Positions 28,020 to 41,444 of a stretch of 64,000 nt of DNA are shown one piece after another. The position numbers and the translations under genes are program-made. The notes beneath the pieces were generated by a model. That model did not search any database. It worked only from the letters and a program-made list of their open reading frames with translations, and was not told where the DNA came from. How positions within the stretch are numbered: the stretch's first letter is position 1; each line of letters begins with the position of its first letter. The stretch comes from Antedon mediterranea. Its lineage: Eukaryota > Animalia > Echinodermata. The DNA lies in NCBI RefSeq assembly GCF_964355755.1, contig NC_092674.1, positions 21,638,001 through 21,702,000 of the forward strand, read 5' to 3'.

Positions 28020-28362
28020 TAGATCTGTTGTAGTCAACTTGAGCCTGTGTTAAATTTCCTTTAAAAGGGAGCAGGGGTCGTGAAACACACGGCCAGTCTT
28101 TGGTTCTTTTTTTGGCCAGCCTTTGGTCCGAGGGCGCTAGACTTTTGGCCAGCCTGTGGTCCGGAGGGCGCTAGCAATTGTCAGCAGAACGCACGTTTTT
28201 TTCAAAACTATAGAGGGCGCTACCCAACGTAGATCTGTTGTAGTCAACTTGAGCCTGTGTTAAATTTCCGTTAAAAGGGAGCAGGGGTCGTGAAACACAC
28301 GGCCAGTCTGTGGTTCTTTTTTTGGCCAGCCTGTGGTCCGAGGGCGCTAGACTTTTTGGCCT
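28020..28362 (+). repeat. ~210-bp tandem duplication with GGTCCGAGGGCGCTAG subrepeats
   Basis: TAGATCTGTTGTAGTCAACTTGAGCC occurs at ~28020 and ~28230. Confidence 0.8.
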
Positions 28363-28399
28363 ACAAATAAATAATTAATTTAATTTTTGTTTTTACACA

Positions 28400-30365
28400 G
28401 AACTTTGAACTCCTTATTAAAGACATAACGAAAGAAAATAAAAAAATATTTCTCCTCGGTGATTTTAACATTGACTTACTCAAATTTGAATCTGATAACA
28501 ATATTAATGATTTTGTTCATTGTCTTTTCAACAATTCTCTCATTTCGCTTATTCATAGACCGACACGCATCACCGAACATTCCGCTACCCTAATTGACAA
28601 CATTTTCAATAATGATTTTGAATCATCTGTTAGTGGTATCATTATTAATGATGCTACAGATCACCTTCCTGTTTTTAACATCAGTTCAAATAAACCGAGT
28701 AAGCGAGTAATCAATACCAATCTTAAATTTAGAAATACTAGTGAACACAATATCCTTAATTTTCGTAATGATTTATCAAATTTTCCATGGAATGATGTCG
28801 TGAGTACGCAAGACACAAATCTGGCATATGACACATTTATTAATAATTTTACCACCTTATATAATAAACACTTTCCTTTAAGTGAACCATCCAAAGCTAA
28901 AGTTAAACTTAAACCATGGATAACCGATGGACTTTTGACCTCGATTTTGTACAAACAGAAAGTTTATTCTAAAAGTCTACGCCATCCAACACTTTCTAAT
29001 ATATCAAAATATAAGCATTATCGAAATAAATTAAACAACCTTTTTAAAACTGCTAATTTGGATTACTTTTGTGAAACTTTTACTAAGCTTAAGTTCAATA
29101 TCAAGGCCACCTGGCGTGTCATCAATTCTCTTCTTAAGTCAAATAAAAATGCACCTGCCGATATTGAAATTTTAGCTGATGGAAAATTAATAAAAGAACC
29201 TTTAATAGTAGCAAATCTATTCAATGACCACTTTACAAATATTGGACCCAACCTTGCTGGAAAAATAAACAATGACTCTGATAAACTTTTCATCACTTCT
29301 TACATCCCCCTATTCCTAACTCAATTTTTCTTTCACCTGTAACCGAACAAGAAGTGCACAAAATCACAAATTCATTAAAAGCAACAAGGCTTCTGGCATC
29401 GATGACATTTGTGCTAAAGTTATCAAAAAAATCCATTGACACTATTCTCTCTCCTCTCACTTACATTTTTAATTTATCTCTTACATCTGGTGTTTTTCCC
29501 AACTCCCTAAAAATTGGTAAAGTTATTCCAATTTTCAAGAAAAGTAGCAAGTCCAATCCAAATAACTATCGTCCAATCTCCATCCTTCCCTCTTTTTCAA
29601 AGATTCTTGAAAAGATTATTTATAACCGCGTCTATGATTTTATAAGCAAGCACAATATTCTTTATAATAAACAATTCGGATTTAGGAAAAACTATTCTAC
29701 GTCTTTTGCGTTAATTGATTTAACCAACAACATTATTGATGCAATTCAAAACAATTCTTTTCCCTCTGGCTTGTTTATTGACCTGTCGAAAGCTTTTGAT
29801 ACTATTGACCATCATATTCTGATTACTAAACTTTCAAATTATGGTATCCGTGGTGTGGCTCTTAAACTTTTAAACAATTACTTATCAAATAGATTTCAAT
29901 GTACTTCTGTTAACAATCATACCTCTGATCTTAAGCCCATTACCTGTGGTGTTCCCCAAGGGTCCTTGCTTGGCCCTCTTTTATTTCTAATTTACATCAA
30001 TGATTTACCAAACGCCTCAGATATCCTTACCTTTTATCTTTATGCAGATGACACGACTTTATTTTATAAAAGTGTTAACTTTCAATAAATTTTTCATACT
30101 TTAAACCAAGAATTAATTAATATTAATGATTATTTTAATGTGAATAAACTTTCAATAAACCTAAGTAAATGCAACTTTATGTTGTTTGGAATACGTCATC
30201 AAAAACTGACCGACGAGTCTCATAAAATTCTGATTGGTGATCAAGTAATTCCCCATGTTAAGCAAACCAAATTTTTAGGTGTTTTAATTGACCAAGAGCT
30301 ACATTTTAAAAATCATATAAAAGGAATTGAATTAAAAATTTCTAAAAACATTGGCATACTTGTTT
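28400..30365 (+). pseudogene. CR1/L2-group LINE ORF2 (APE C-terminus plus RT), truncated at both ends
   Basis: LLGDFNIDLL..RPTRIT..TLIDNIF..DHLPVF; KPWIT; NYRPISILP..QFGFRK..DLSKAFDT..GVPQGS..YADDT. Frameshifts near 29300-29400 and at ~30090. Confidence 0.9.
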
Positions 30366-30428
30366 TCTCTATTTTGTAATATTTTTTTTAACTTTAGAAA
30401 CTTTTTCGAAATTGCCTCCTTTACTGTT

Positions 30429-30429
<1 letters not shown>

Positions 30430-30477
<48 letters not shown>
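30430..30477. repeat. (GT)24 microsatellite
   Basis: Direct reading. Confidence 0.95.
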
Positions 30478-30479
<2 letters not shown>

Positions 30480-30496
30480 TTATATGTTTACATTTA

Positions 30497-31922
30497 TCTA
30501 TATATAAATTTACGTAAGGGCAAAATTCGGTAAATCTCGGTTTATTTCTAGAATTTCTACTCAACGGTATATAAAGTTGGTTCATACTTTCGGTACTGAT
30601 TTTAACCATCTGATGTAACCCTGTTTACTAATTAAATTGAGTTAGGTAATTAGTTATTGACGATTAAAACGAATTTAGGTTCAACGATTTGCCCCAAATA
30701 GGGGTGTTTTCCGATCTTGGTATACACTGTCTAATGGATGTCCATCTTGAAAAATACCCGCCACAAAAATACGAAGAGGCTTTGCATTTTCCTATCTCCT
30801 CCTACGATAATTGTTTTTAATAGCTGAAAACTGGTTGAACAGCTAGAGTACAGCATCATAATGTTGAAGACAGGCCGATTTTCTTAAAAAAATACTATTT
30901 TGATAGATTTAATATACGATTATACAAATGTATTGATTTGCGATGAATGGAACATTCCAATCTCTGTTTCACAAGTGTCTATTCCCTCAGGCGTCGTAAA
31001 GGCAAGTACAGCACTATATACTCGAAATTCGATCCATTTTTGTTTTCAATCTGTGCTGCAGAGGTTGGATATAATTTTTTTTTAAACGGATAATGAGCTA
31101 GCGTTTTCACTCGCCGTATATTATGTACAAATCTTTATTATTGCAGTTAAACCACCCACATCATCACCTTTCCCTCACTGGCATGAGTAGCGTTGTAAAA
31201 CCAGTAGAGAATAGGCCTACGGTACATCACATGCCCTAAAGGCAGAACAACTTTGGTGGGTAGGGTAGGAACCAACTTAAGTATGAATTGGCTCTAAGAA
31301 ACAATTGAAAACCATTAGGCCTACTAATTAAGTTGAGTTAGATAATTTAATATTTATTGACGATTAAATCGAATTTATGATTTTTCCCGAATAGAGGTGG
31401 TTTTCACAAATTGTTTTACATTATATTATAAACATATACACGTCGTAGTGATGTATCGTTACATGTGCTGTACTATTTCAATCGACTAGGACGGTGATAG
31501 TTTCAACAAAGTATTACATCGCAATGTTTTACTGTGTTTAGTGGTATATTATTTGTAAAACATGAAAGCAATTAATATTTCGTTACTAAATGGATAAAGA
31601 ATATATTTTAACATTGTTCCTCTTTGCACCCATCCTCTTCCCCATCCCTCAACCCTAATGTTACATACAAAACACAAATTAAGTTTGTTTAAATTTGACT
31701 TAAACAATTGGTCTTATTTTATAATATAATAGGGTGCTAATTTTAGTTGAGTACATAAATCACAGTGTCTATTTATTCGTTCCTGTAAACGACATGTATT
31801 ATTGTCCTGCGGTACGTACATTTGAAATCGCCAGTTTTTTAACGCTGAAATTATTATGTATTCGAGAACCATCTGTGGGCACGACCTAGATGGTACGCGA
31901 GCGAAGCGAGCGTACCATCTAG
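30497..31922 (+). mobile_element. Non-autonomous Helitron-like element, complete copy
   Basis: The 5' end A|TCTATATATAAAT is shared exactly with the copy at 32407. The 3' end is the palindrome CTAGATGGTACGC..GCGTACCATCTAG|T. A|T target, no TSD. Confidence 0.75.
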
Positions 31923-32406
31923 TATATATAAGTATATAATCTTCTTACATGGCTTCCCAACATACAAGTTTCAATTGGATTTTTGTTTCCAATTGATCGA
32001 TACTTTCTTGGTTTTTTTTTGCCTCTTTCATTTTGTATTTAACTGAATCATCTTTTTTTTTATACATTATGATTTACTGTATTATATCTCTAAAAACAAA
32101 ATATTTATATATAAAATATCAGAAATTATAATGTTTTTTACTCAAATATGAATGAAAGAAATAAATGTTTATTTGAATTGAATTGAATTTAATTATCAAA
32201 TTACACTACTTTTTATTAGTAATGAACCTATTGATGTAAATTCAGCTATTTGCTTTCATAAAATATAGGCTTTAACTAGATTCTTACTTAGGCCCTGCTA
32301 ATGGTTGGTGGTGACTTACCTGAAAAAACGCGTTGCATTCGTCGTCATTGTACGATGCAAGATTAAAATTATTGTAATCTTTGTACTGTACATTTATATT
32401 ATTGCA

Positions 32407-34157
32407 TCTATATATAAATTTACGTAAGGGCAAAATTCGGTAAATCGCGCGTTATTTCTAGAATGTTTACTCGATGGTATATAAAGTTGGTTCGTACTTT
32501 TGGTACTGATTTTAACCACCTGATGTAACCCTGTTTACTAATTAAATTGAGTTCGATAATTAGTTATTGACCATTAAAACGAATTTAGGTTCAACGATTT
32601 GCCCCAAATAGGGGTGTTTTTCGATCGTGGTATACACTGTCTAATGAATGTCCGTCTTGAAAAATACCCGCAGACAATAATACGAGCATGCTTCGCATTT
32701 TCGTATCTCCTCCTAAGATAATTGTTTTTAATGGCTGAAAACCGGTTGAACAGCTCGAGTACAACATCATAATGTTGAAGACAGGCCGATTTTCTTTAAA
32801 AAATACTATTTTCATAGGTTTAATATACGTTTATACAATTAATGTATTGATTTGCAATGAATGGAACATTCCAATCTCTGTTCCACAAGTGTCTATTCCC
32901 TCAGGCGTCGTAAAGGCAAGTACTGTAAACTCATAAACAGAAATTCGATCCATTTTTTTTCAACCAACCCCACCATTTCAATCTGTGCTGCAGAGGTTGG
33001 ATATAAATCTTTTTTAAACGGATAATGAGCTAGCGTTTTCACTCGCCGTATATTATGTACACATCTTTATTATTGCAGTTAAACCACCCACATCACCACC
33101 CTTCCCTCACTGGCATGAGTAGCGTTGTAAAACCAGTAGAGGATGGGCCTACGGTACATCACATGCCCTAAACGCAGAACAACTTTGTGGGTAGGGTAGG
33201 AACCAACTTAAGTATGAATTGGCTCTAAGAAACAATTGAAAACCATTAGGCCTACTAATTAAGTTGAGTTAGATAATTTAATATTTATTGACGATTAAAT
33301 CGAATTTATGGTTTTCACAAATTATTTTATACTAGATGGTACGCTCACGTCGCTCGCGTACCATCTAGGTCGTGCCCACAGATGGTTCTCGAATACACAG
33401 TAATTTCAGCGTTAAAAAATTGGCGATTTCAAATGTACAATAATGCAAGACAATAATATATGTCGTTTACAGGAACGATTAAATAGACACTGTGATTTAT
33501 GTACTCAACTAAAATTAGCACACTGGGAATTACTTCCGAAAGAGAAAGTTGTCACAAAATGAGACAAATTGTTTAAGTCAAATTTAAAAAAACTTAATTT
33601 TTGTTTTGTATGTAACATTATGGTTGAGAGATTGGGAAGAGGATTGGTGCAAAGAGGAACAATTTTTAAATATATTCTTTATTTTGTAACGAAATATTAA
33701 TTAACATGTTTTACAAATAATATACCACTAAACACAGTAAAACATTGCGATGCAAAGTATTAAATCGCAATGTTTTACTGTGTGTAGTGGTATATTATTT
33801 GTAAAACATGAAAACAATTAATATTTCGTTACTAAATGGATAAAGAATATATTTAAAAATTGTTCCTCTTTGCACCCATCCCCTTCCCCATCCCTCAACC
33901 CTAATGTTACATACAAAACACAAATTAAGTTTGTTTAAATTTAAACAATTGGTCTCATTTTGTGACAAGTTTTTCTTTTGAAAGTAATTCCCAGGGTGCT
34001 AATTTTAGTTGAGTACATAAATCACAGTGTCTATTTATTTGTTCCTGTAATGTATTATTGTCCTGCGGTACGTACATTTGAAATCGCCAGTTTTTTAACG
34101 CTGAAATTATTATGTATTCGAGAACCATCTGTGGGCACGACCTAGATGGTACGACCT
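32407..34157 (+). mobile_element. Second Helitron-like copy with an internal inverted duplicate of its 3' end
   Basis: Colinear with 30497-31922, except that ~33332-33752 is the reverse complement of the 3' ~420 bp. Confidence 0.75.
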
Positions 34158-34479
34158 AGATTTACAAAAGTAAATACTCTCATCGTCAATTATATCATCG
34201 TAAATTGCGATATTTAATGCATCTTGTACGAAAGCCATGATGATTGTTTACAAACATATCAAGCCGACCATGACGCGACGTCGTCGTCTCATCGCATATC
34301 GTAAACGAACTTTTTAAAGTGGACACGACAACCAGCATTTCACGCATTCCAGCGCGCACTGGTAATCCGTCGTCGTCCCTCTCCGTCGTGTTTCGTAAAC
34401 TATCTATTTTATAACAAGGCCATAATGGCTGCAGTCGCGTGCTCATTAGTGTTTACCGACCGACCGACCTACCAACTGA

Positions 34480-35138
34480 CCGAAATTACTGAACATGTTT
34501 AAAAATGTTGAAATGTTTAAAAACATTTATATTTTTTTAATTTCCACGTGCGTAGCCTGACACTTTTGACGTGCTCGTATAACGTAATTTCGAGTTGAAA
34601 AGTAAGTCAAGAAAACAGAAATTGGGCAAAAAGAGTGCGCAATAACATTTAACGTGCAGTGCGCGCGCAAAAATCTGCGCACTAATGGCAATTTTTTAAA
34701 CGCTTAAAATTGCCTGAAACGTACTCTTATTTCATCGAAAATAAATTTTTAAAATTTTAAGCGCGCGTACACATGCGTTACATGCGCTACGCACGTAATT
34801 GTATTACCATATGATGATTTATGCCCTGAAATTTATGTGTACCAAATTTTATTTAATTGTGATTCATGGTTGTGAAGATATGATTACAAACGTGATTTCG
34901 TTACATCGTGCGTACACCGCGTAATTTTTTTATTGCGCACCGTGAAAACATAGCCACATCGATTTCATGCCATAAAGAATATACTGTAAAAAATGACTTA
35001 GCTAGATTAAACTGATATCAAGATAAGGTCAGAAAGCGATAAAACGCATAATGATACCGGACTGACAGACCGACAGACCGACAGACCGACAGACAGACCG
35101 ACATAGTAAACTATAGAGTCGCGTCCACGCGACTAAAA
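34480..35138 (-). mobile_element. Helentron/DINE-1-like non-autonomous element
   Basis: Terminus TTTTTAGTCGCGTGGACGCGAC (hairpin) followed by a GTCG/GTCT microsatellite. An opposite-orientation copy is at 39104-39312. The body is also similar to ~61270-61775. Confidence 0.6.
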
Positions 35139-35189
35139 AGAGGCGTGAATTTGTGTGTTTTTTGTATTGGTTCATGCTTTTATGTATCC

Positions 35190-38100
35190 ATCTTCCGTGT
35201 AAGCCCATTATACCGGTACTTAAGAAACCTAAGATTAACAGCATGAATGATTTGAGACCCGTCGCACTCACGTCTGTCGCGATGAAAATATTGGAACGTA
35301 TTATTTTAAAAATTATGAAACCTTATGCTGAAAAAGTGTTAGACCCGTTGCAATTTGCTTACCGATCACTCCGTAGTACCACCAGTGATGCGATATATTT
35401 TAAATTACATAAATTGTATTCACATCTAGATAATGTAAAGAAAGGCCACTCGGCACGTGTTATGTATTTTGATTTTCAGTCTGCGTTTAATACCATACAA
35501 CCCCATATCCTAGCAGACAAAATGTTGAATATGGAGTTTCCCCGTCCGATTGTTCGTTTAGTTTTAAATTTCATTTGTGATAGAAAACAATTTGTTAATA
35601 ATGGTGTTAAGTCAGAAATCGTAACCTCTGACACCGGTGTTCCTCAGGGTACTGTCAACGCACCTAAATTATATTCCTTGTATACGGCCGATTACAGATC
35701 TTTAAAGGGGGATTCTGGGTTTAAGATTGCTTTTAAATATCGTTTATTTATTAAATAAAAAATATTATAACAATATAGACATGTCAGAATGATGAAGTAA
35801 TAACGAGAAATTAAAAAAATTAAATTTCATATACATTTTAGGGTAAATTCATGGAAAATCTGTTTTTCAGCAGCTTAGGGAAGCTCATTAATATTCATGA
35901 GATATTCACAAAATCACGTCATCAGTGGATTCCAAACTCGCGACGTCAAGCTTGTACGCTGTGTTCTCTCTCCTCTGTCAAACGACGACCACCCGATCAT
36001 TGTGAAATACATTTTTTGTAGATTTGCTAAGCTAGGCCTAAAGTGTAATAATAACAGTAGTAGCATATATTTATTTGACATTTAATGAAATACAAAATTT
36101 AGTACAGATTACGGAGTCATAAATTATACTATTTTTATACCTCGAATTAATAATAATTAATAGTACAGATCGTATATCGGCTTCACGTACTAGGCTAGGC
36201 CTAGCCTAAATCATTTTATTCATGCCGGGGTGAGAGCCATTTCTGACTAGGGATTCCATGCCACGATGGCTACGTTAAAACATTGGGGCCATCATTCATG
36301 GGCCTAGCTAGCCTATTACTAAACGATTGGCCCATAAATAACAAAACTCAGTGGATTCCAAACCCATCCTATCAACCAAACTCAACAATCTAAACCTAAA
36401 ACGTTCTACAAAAATCGGCTGTAAATATTGAGGCAAAACAAGGTCCGATCGCCGTCCACACGTATGGTGTCCCGACATCGTACATAAGTTGGGGACCCCT
36501 CATGAAACGTCACAAAATAAACATGAATAATTCATCAGTTAAATTATCTTGTTTCGTGTGCGTATAGCAACAAGAAGTGATTACACAACTGCGATACGAT
36601 ACTTTCTACAGTAGGCCTAGGATTCTAAGTCAATTCACGTGATTGCCTTCGCGCACTCTTCTTCACACGCACACCACTCTATGCAAAATGTGTCGAGTCG
36701 AGGCTAATCGACAGCTAGGCAAGACATTACACTAAGTAGTAATTCATTGGACATAGCCCAAAGAAAGCTTAGATCCAAAAGAATAAAGAATGTGTATGAT
36801 TTCTGTACTTATTTTTTTAATTCTGCTATTTTATTATCAAACAATATATGCATGTACTCAAAGGAACTTTAAAAATGCGCGTATATGAACACATGAGATG
36901 GGAAGATTAGACCCACGAGAATAAAAAATGTATTTTTGTGTAATGTTTATTGTTTAATTTTGCTGACTTATTACTCGGATTGTGTCATACCTACACACAC
37001 ACGCCACACATACCTACACACACACACGTCACACATACCCACACAGCTACTACTAGAATAGACAGGGGTTTAGAGAAAAATAATTAGGCCTAATAGTATT
37101 AATAGAAACTATCATTTTAACACGTAATTCTTTAGTAATACATTATATTAAAAACACCATAAACTAAAGGCTGATTAATTTGACAATCCACACAAAACGC
37201 AGCCATTCTTCTATGGAATCGCACGCCGCAACAACAGCGGAGATAGGCCTAGAATCGTACCGCAATACGCTTGGGTGCACACGGAACAGGAAAATTTAAC
37301 TGATGAATTATTCATGTTTATTTTGTGACGTTTCATGAGGGGTTCCCCAACTTATGTACGAAAAAAAAAATTGCGTCCCGATCGTCTAATAAGTAGGCCT
37401 AGTTTATTCTCCAAAAAAATCGGATACTGCATCAAGCAAGTAGACCGGTAGTAGGAAGGAGACCTAGCCTAGCCTAGCCGATCCGGCCCAGTTAAAAATT
37501 GAGCTAGCTAGTGTAGTAGACCCTATGCGAATTGATACTACCAGGCCTTTTACTTAGGCTACACTTGTTAAAATTAGCAATACTGTACTTATTTTTACAA
37601 ATATTCCAACTCTCTCATTCGAGCTATATTATCTATACCATTCCGGTAGGTTGAGTCGACCTTCAATCAAATACTGTACATCGTTCATGTTGTGATTATA
37701 GACGGGGTATACTCGACCCGACCAGTTTGGTATTGTATACTGTATCTGCTTATCACGTGACAATGCCAGGCATGGGCAGAGAGAGCACGTGCATCGTCGT
37801 CTCGCTCTCTCCCCTCGCTCAGCAGGAATGTATACGTTACGCTTCATTGATTTTGAAGGCTTTCCCTAAGTCAGTGCAAAAATCGGCAAACGTAAAGTGC
37901 AAACTTATCTAATTTTTCACTGTTTTGATGGATTTTCATAGAAAATTGACTTTATAAATGGGAAGACCGACTAAAATTACATCAGATAAGTATAATTTTA
38001 CAAAAGTAATTGATATGGTTAATGATAACGAGTCGTCGGAAGATTGACCATTTCACGAATTTCCTATTCTGTAACCACAGTGGGATTTTGCCGTAGCTGC

Positions 38101-39100
38101 ACTTGTAATCTGGCCTCATTTCACAGCCTTCGTTCTGCTTCACTGGGCGCTTATATAAATTGAAACTTTTACCGTTCAAGAGACAAACAAATATATTTTG
38201 CATTTTTTACTATTCATTTTAAACCCGGAACCCCCTTTAAATGATGAGCTTTGCCCCGTTGTTAAATTCGCTGATGACACTTGTACTATTGGTCTCATAG
38301 TTTCAAACAATGATGAACATTATCGTAGCAAAATACAAAGATTTGTTAAATTTTGTGACGATAATTACCTCCAAATAAATGCATCTAAAACAAAGGAGAT
38401 GATAATTGATTTTAGGACTAAACATAAATTTAATTTTCAACCAATCACTATTAAATGTAAAGAAATAGAAATTGTTGACCAGTACAAGTATCTAGGTATT
38501 GTTTTCAATGATAAGCTGAGTTGCGGAGACCATATAGACTTCATCAACAAAAAATTAAATCCCAGAATGTATTGTATGAGAACTTTATATAAATTTAACT
38601 CCTGTGATTTGATGTTACTTTCGTTTTATAGTTCCGTTATTATATGTAGTGTCTGGACGTACTGCCTCTCCTGTTGGGCTGGTAATGTTACCGGAGGGAA
38701 TAAAGGACGCCTTGAAACTTTCATCCGTCGGGGCTCGTAACATGATTGGTCTGGAACTGCCTTCCTTTACCGATGTGCACCTAGAACAACTCCAGAAAGA
38801 TTTAGAACGCATTGAGTCGGATGCCTCTCATCCTCTCCACAAAGTGATCATAGACCAATCTAATCCAAGTTGTAGATTGAGGCTCCTCAGTGTGAAAATC
38901 GATATGCCAAATCCTTTATTCCCTCCGGTATCATCCAGTACAATAGAAAGTCAAGAAGATAATTTTATCTTGTTTTTTTGATGTTTTTATATGAATGGTG
39001 TTATGCTATATTTGTTTTTATTGTGTTTTCTTGTTATTATGACGAGCAATGAATTTCCTTTTTGAGGATCAATAAAAGTTATCTTATCTTATCTTATCTT
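35190..39100 (+). mobile_element. 5'-truncated Rex1/Babar-like LINE, split by a TTAA insertion
   Basis: PVLKKP..NDLRPVALTSVAMKILER..DPLQFAY..DFQSAFNTIQPH..GVPQG..YTADYRSL|NDELCPVVKFADDT..SKTKEMIIDFR..YKYLG. The 3' end is AATAAA followed by an (ATCTT)4 tail at ~39071-39100. Confidence 0.9.
35706..38236. mobile_element. 2.5-kb non-autonomous Kolobok-like DNA transposon
   Basis: TIRs AGGGGGATTCTGGGTTTAA / TTAAACCCGGAACCCCCT. TTAA at 35702-35705 and 38237-38240. Removing it restores the RT frame. Confidence 0.88.
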
Positions 39101-39103
39101 AGC

Positions 39104-39189
39104 GTTTTTAGTCGCGTGGACGTGACTCTATAGTTCACTATGTCGGTCGGTTGGTCGGTCTGTCTGTCTGTCTGTCGGTCTGTCTGTCG

Positions 39190-39220
<31 letters not shown>

Positions 39221-39312
39221 GGTCCGGTATCACTATGCGTTTTATCGCTTTCTGACCTTATCTTGATATCAGTTTAATCTAGCTAGGTCAATTTTTCACA
39301 GTATATTTCTTA
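39104..39312 (+). mobile_element. Helentron/DINE-1-like element end, truncated by Academ
   Basis: Reverse complement of ~34975-35138, with a longer (GTCT)n tract. Confidence 0.65.
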
Positions 39313-40529
39313 TAGACCAGTCGTATTTGAGGTGTAGGTGTCACTTTTTGCAGAATTTACTTCATGTACTTTTTCTGGGGTAATTTTGGCTGTAGAATAC
39401 GAATATGAATGTTGATCGCGACGGGGAGGGGGCATTTTTGAGATATGAAGGGTCAAAGGTCAAATTAGGTCAAATAAGTCATTTTATGAAGAGGAAATCG
39501 TTTAGATATGTTAAATGCAACAGAAATGTGTTGTCTAGTTGATATAGTCCAAATAAACATCATATCCAAAATTTATCGAAATCGGACACCGGAAAGTGGG
39601 TTAATTGGCATAAATTCAAAATGGCCGCCATTTACCATTTGAAGTTCCCATATCTCCTCAACGGTTGGTTTTAGACCACCTAAGTGCATTACGAGTAAAT
39701 ATAAATGTGACATTAAACTTTCAAACTAGCATATTTAAATTTCCATATGACGTAACTATGACGTCATAAGGTAGTTGTGACGTCATATATTATGTTATAA
39801 CTGCTTAAATGACATTTAGACAAGTTCTATTTCCTCTGAAATATGATGTAAGAAGCATTTTTGGGTAGAAGCTGGGATCCACTTGATTTAGGTAATTTCG
39901 ACCTCGCTGATTACGAATATGGCGGATCCCAAGCGAAATTCGGCCATCTAAGCCCTTAATTTGCATAATTAAAAATGGCGGCCATTTTTTATAATTACCC
40001 TATATCTCGAGAACCACCAGTCACAGATAATTAATTTTGGTGTCAAAATGTTTTAAATATATGTTTTTATATTCACTTTAATGACACATTTTCTCAAAAA
40101 ATGGATGCAAGTCTTATTTCTGACATTTTGACCTTTGACCTTGATTTATCGTATCTCAGTAACCAATAATCGGAGAGACACGAAATAGGGCTCAAATTGT
40201 TCAGAAACTATACATTCTTATTTATTATAATGAAATGTTTTTACAAAAAATGGCCGATTCTACAACTATTGACCTTTGAACTATTAGTCAAATATAATAA
40301 TATAATAATAATATAACTTTGAAAATTGTGGTCTTATGAATTTTTTTTTCTTTTTAAATTGTTTAAAACATGTGTGTTTCTATCCAGTCTAATGGCACAT
40401 TTTGTACAAGAATGGCCGATAGTATGGTTATTGACCTTTAAACTACAGCATAGGCCTACTGTATACTGAATATAATATAATTGCATAACTATGAAATTAT
40501 TTATACACAATAATAATTAGTAAAATTAT

Positions 40530-41055
40530 AAAATTCACTGCCATCAAATATGATGTGTTATGATTTATATAGATAAAAAAAAAAAAAATTGAACACGCAA
40601 GTTACATTTGTTGAAATTTGAAATTACCTGCCATCAATATAATGGAGTATGATTATAGATTTTTTTTAATGTGAACATGTCAGCTACATTTGGAAATTAC
40701 CTGCCATCAATATGATGGATTATGATTATAGATTTAAAAAAGAAATTGAACACATAAGCTACATTTGAAAATTACCTGCCATCAATATGATGGATTATGA
40801 TTATAGATTTTAAAAAGAATTTGAACACGTCAGCTACATTTGGAAATTTGGAAATTAAATGCCATCAATATGATGGATTATGATTGTATAGTACCTGCCA
40901 TCAATATGATTGATTATGATTATAGAATTAAAAAACAATTTGAACACGTCAGCTACATTTGGAAATTTGGAAATTACCTGCCATCAATATGAAGGATTAT
41001 GATTGTAGGCCTATAGGTTTGAAAGAAAAGTGAACACCTAAGCTACATTTGGAAT
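40530..41055. repeat. ~73-bp minisatellite, mirrored at ~42570-43035
   Basis: Recurring unit TTACCTGCCATCAATATGATGGATTATGATTATAG..GAACACGTCAGCTACATTTG. Confidence 0.85.
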
Positions 41056-41444
41056 GAACATGTTAAGGGCATCAGTTTTGATCATTCCATGCTAAGGTTT
41101 CTGTCGTCATCTTTAACGTTGTTACAGTAGCATAAAGCTGTACATGGTAGTTTTGACTTTTTGCACCTACATCTATATGGTTATGCATCGTGTCTTGCAT
41201 CCGCAATAAATCATCTAAAACGAAGCAGTAGGAATAGCTTCATTTTTCAGAAGCACTGGTTGAAGTTTACCATTAGATAGCTCCCACCCAAAATCTGTTG
41301 GTGATGGCAAATGCTGGATTGGCGATACAGCTTTTTTCAATACGAGTGCTTGGAAGTGTTCTCTTTTTATATGCTGGTGCACTGCATCGCTTGTTGGAGG
41401 TAATGGCTCTGGTTTTTTTTAAACATGGCATGCCTAACTTAAAA

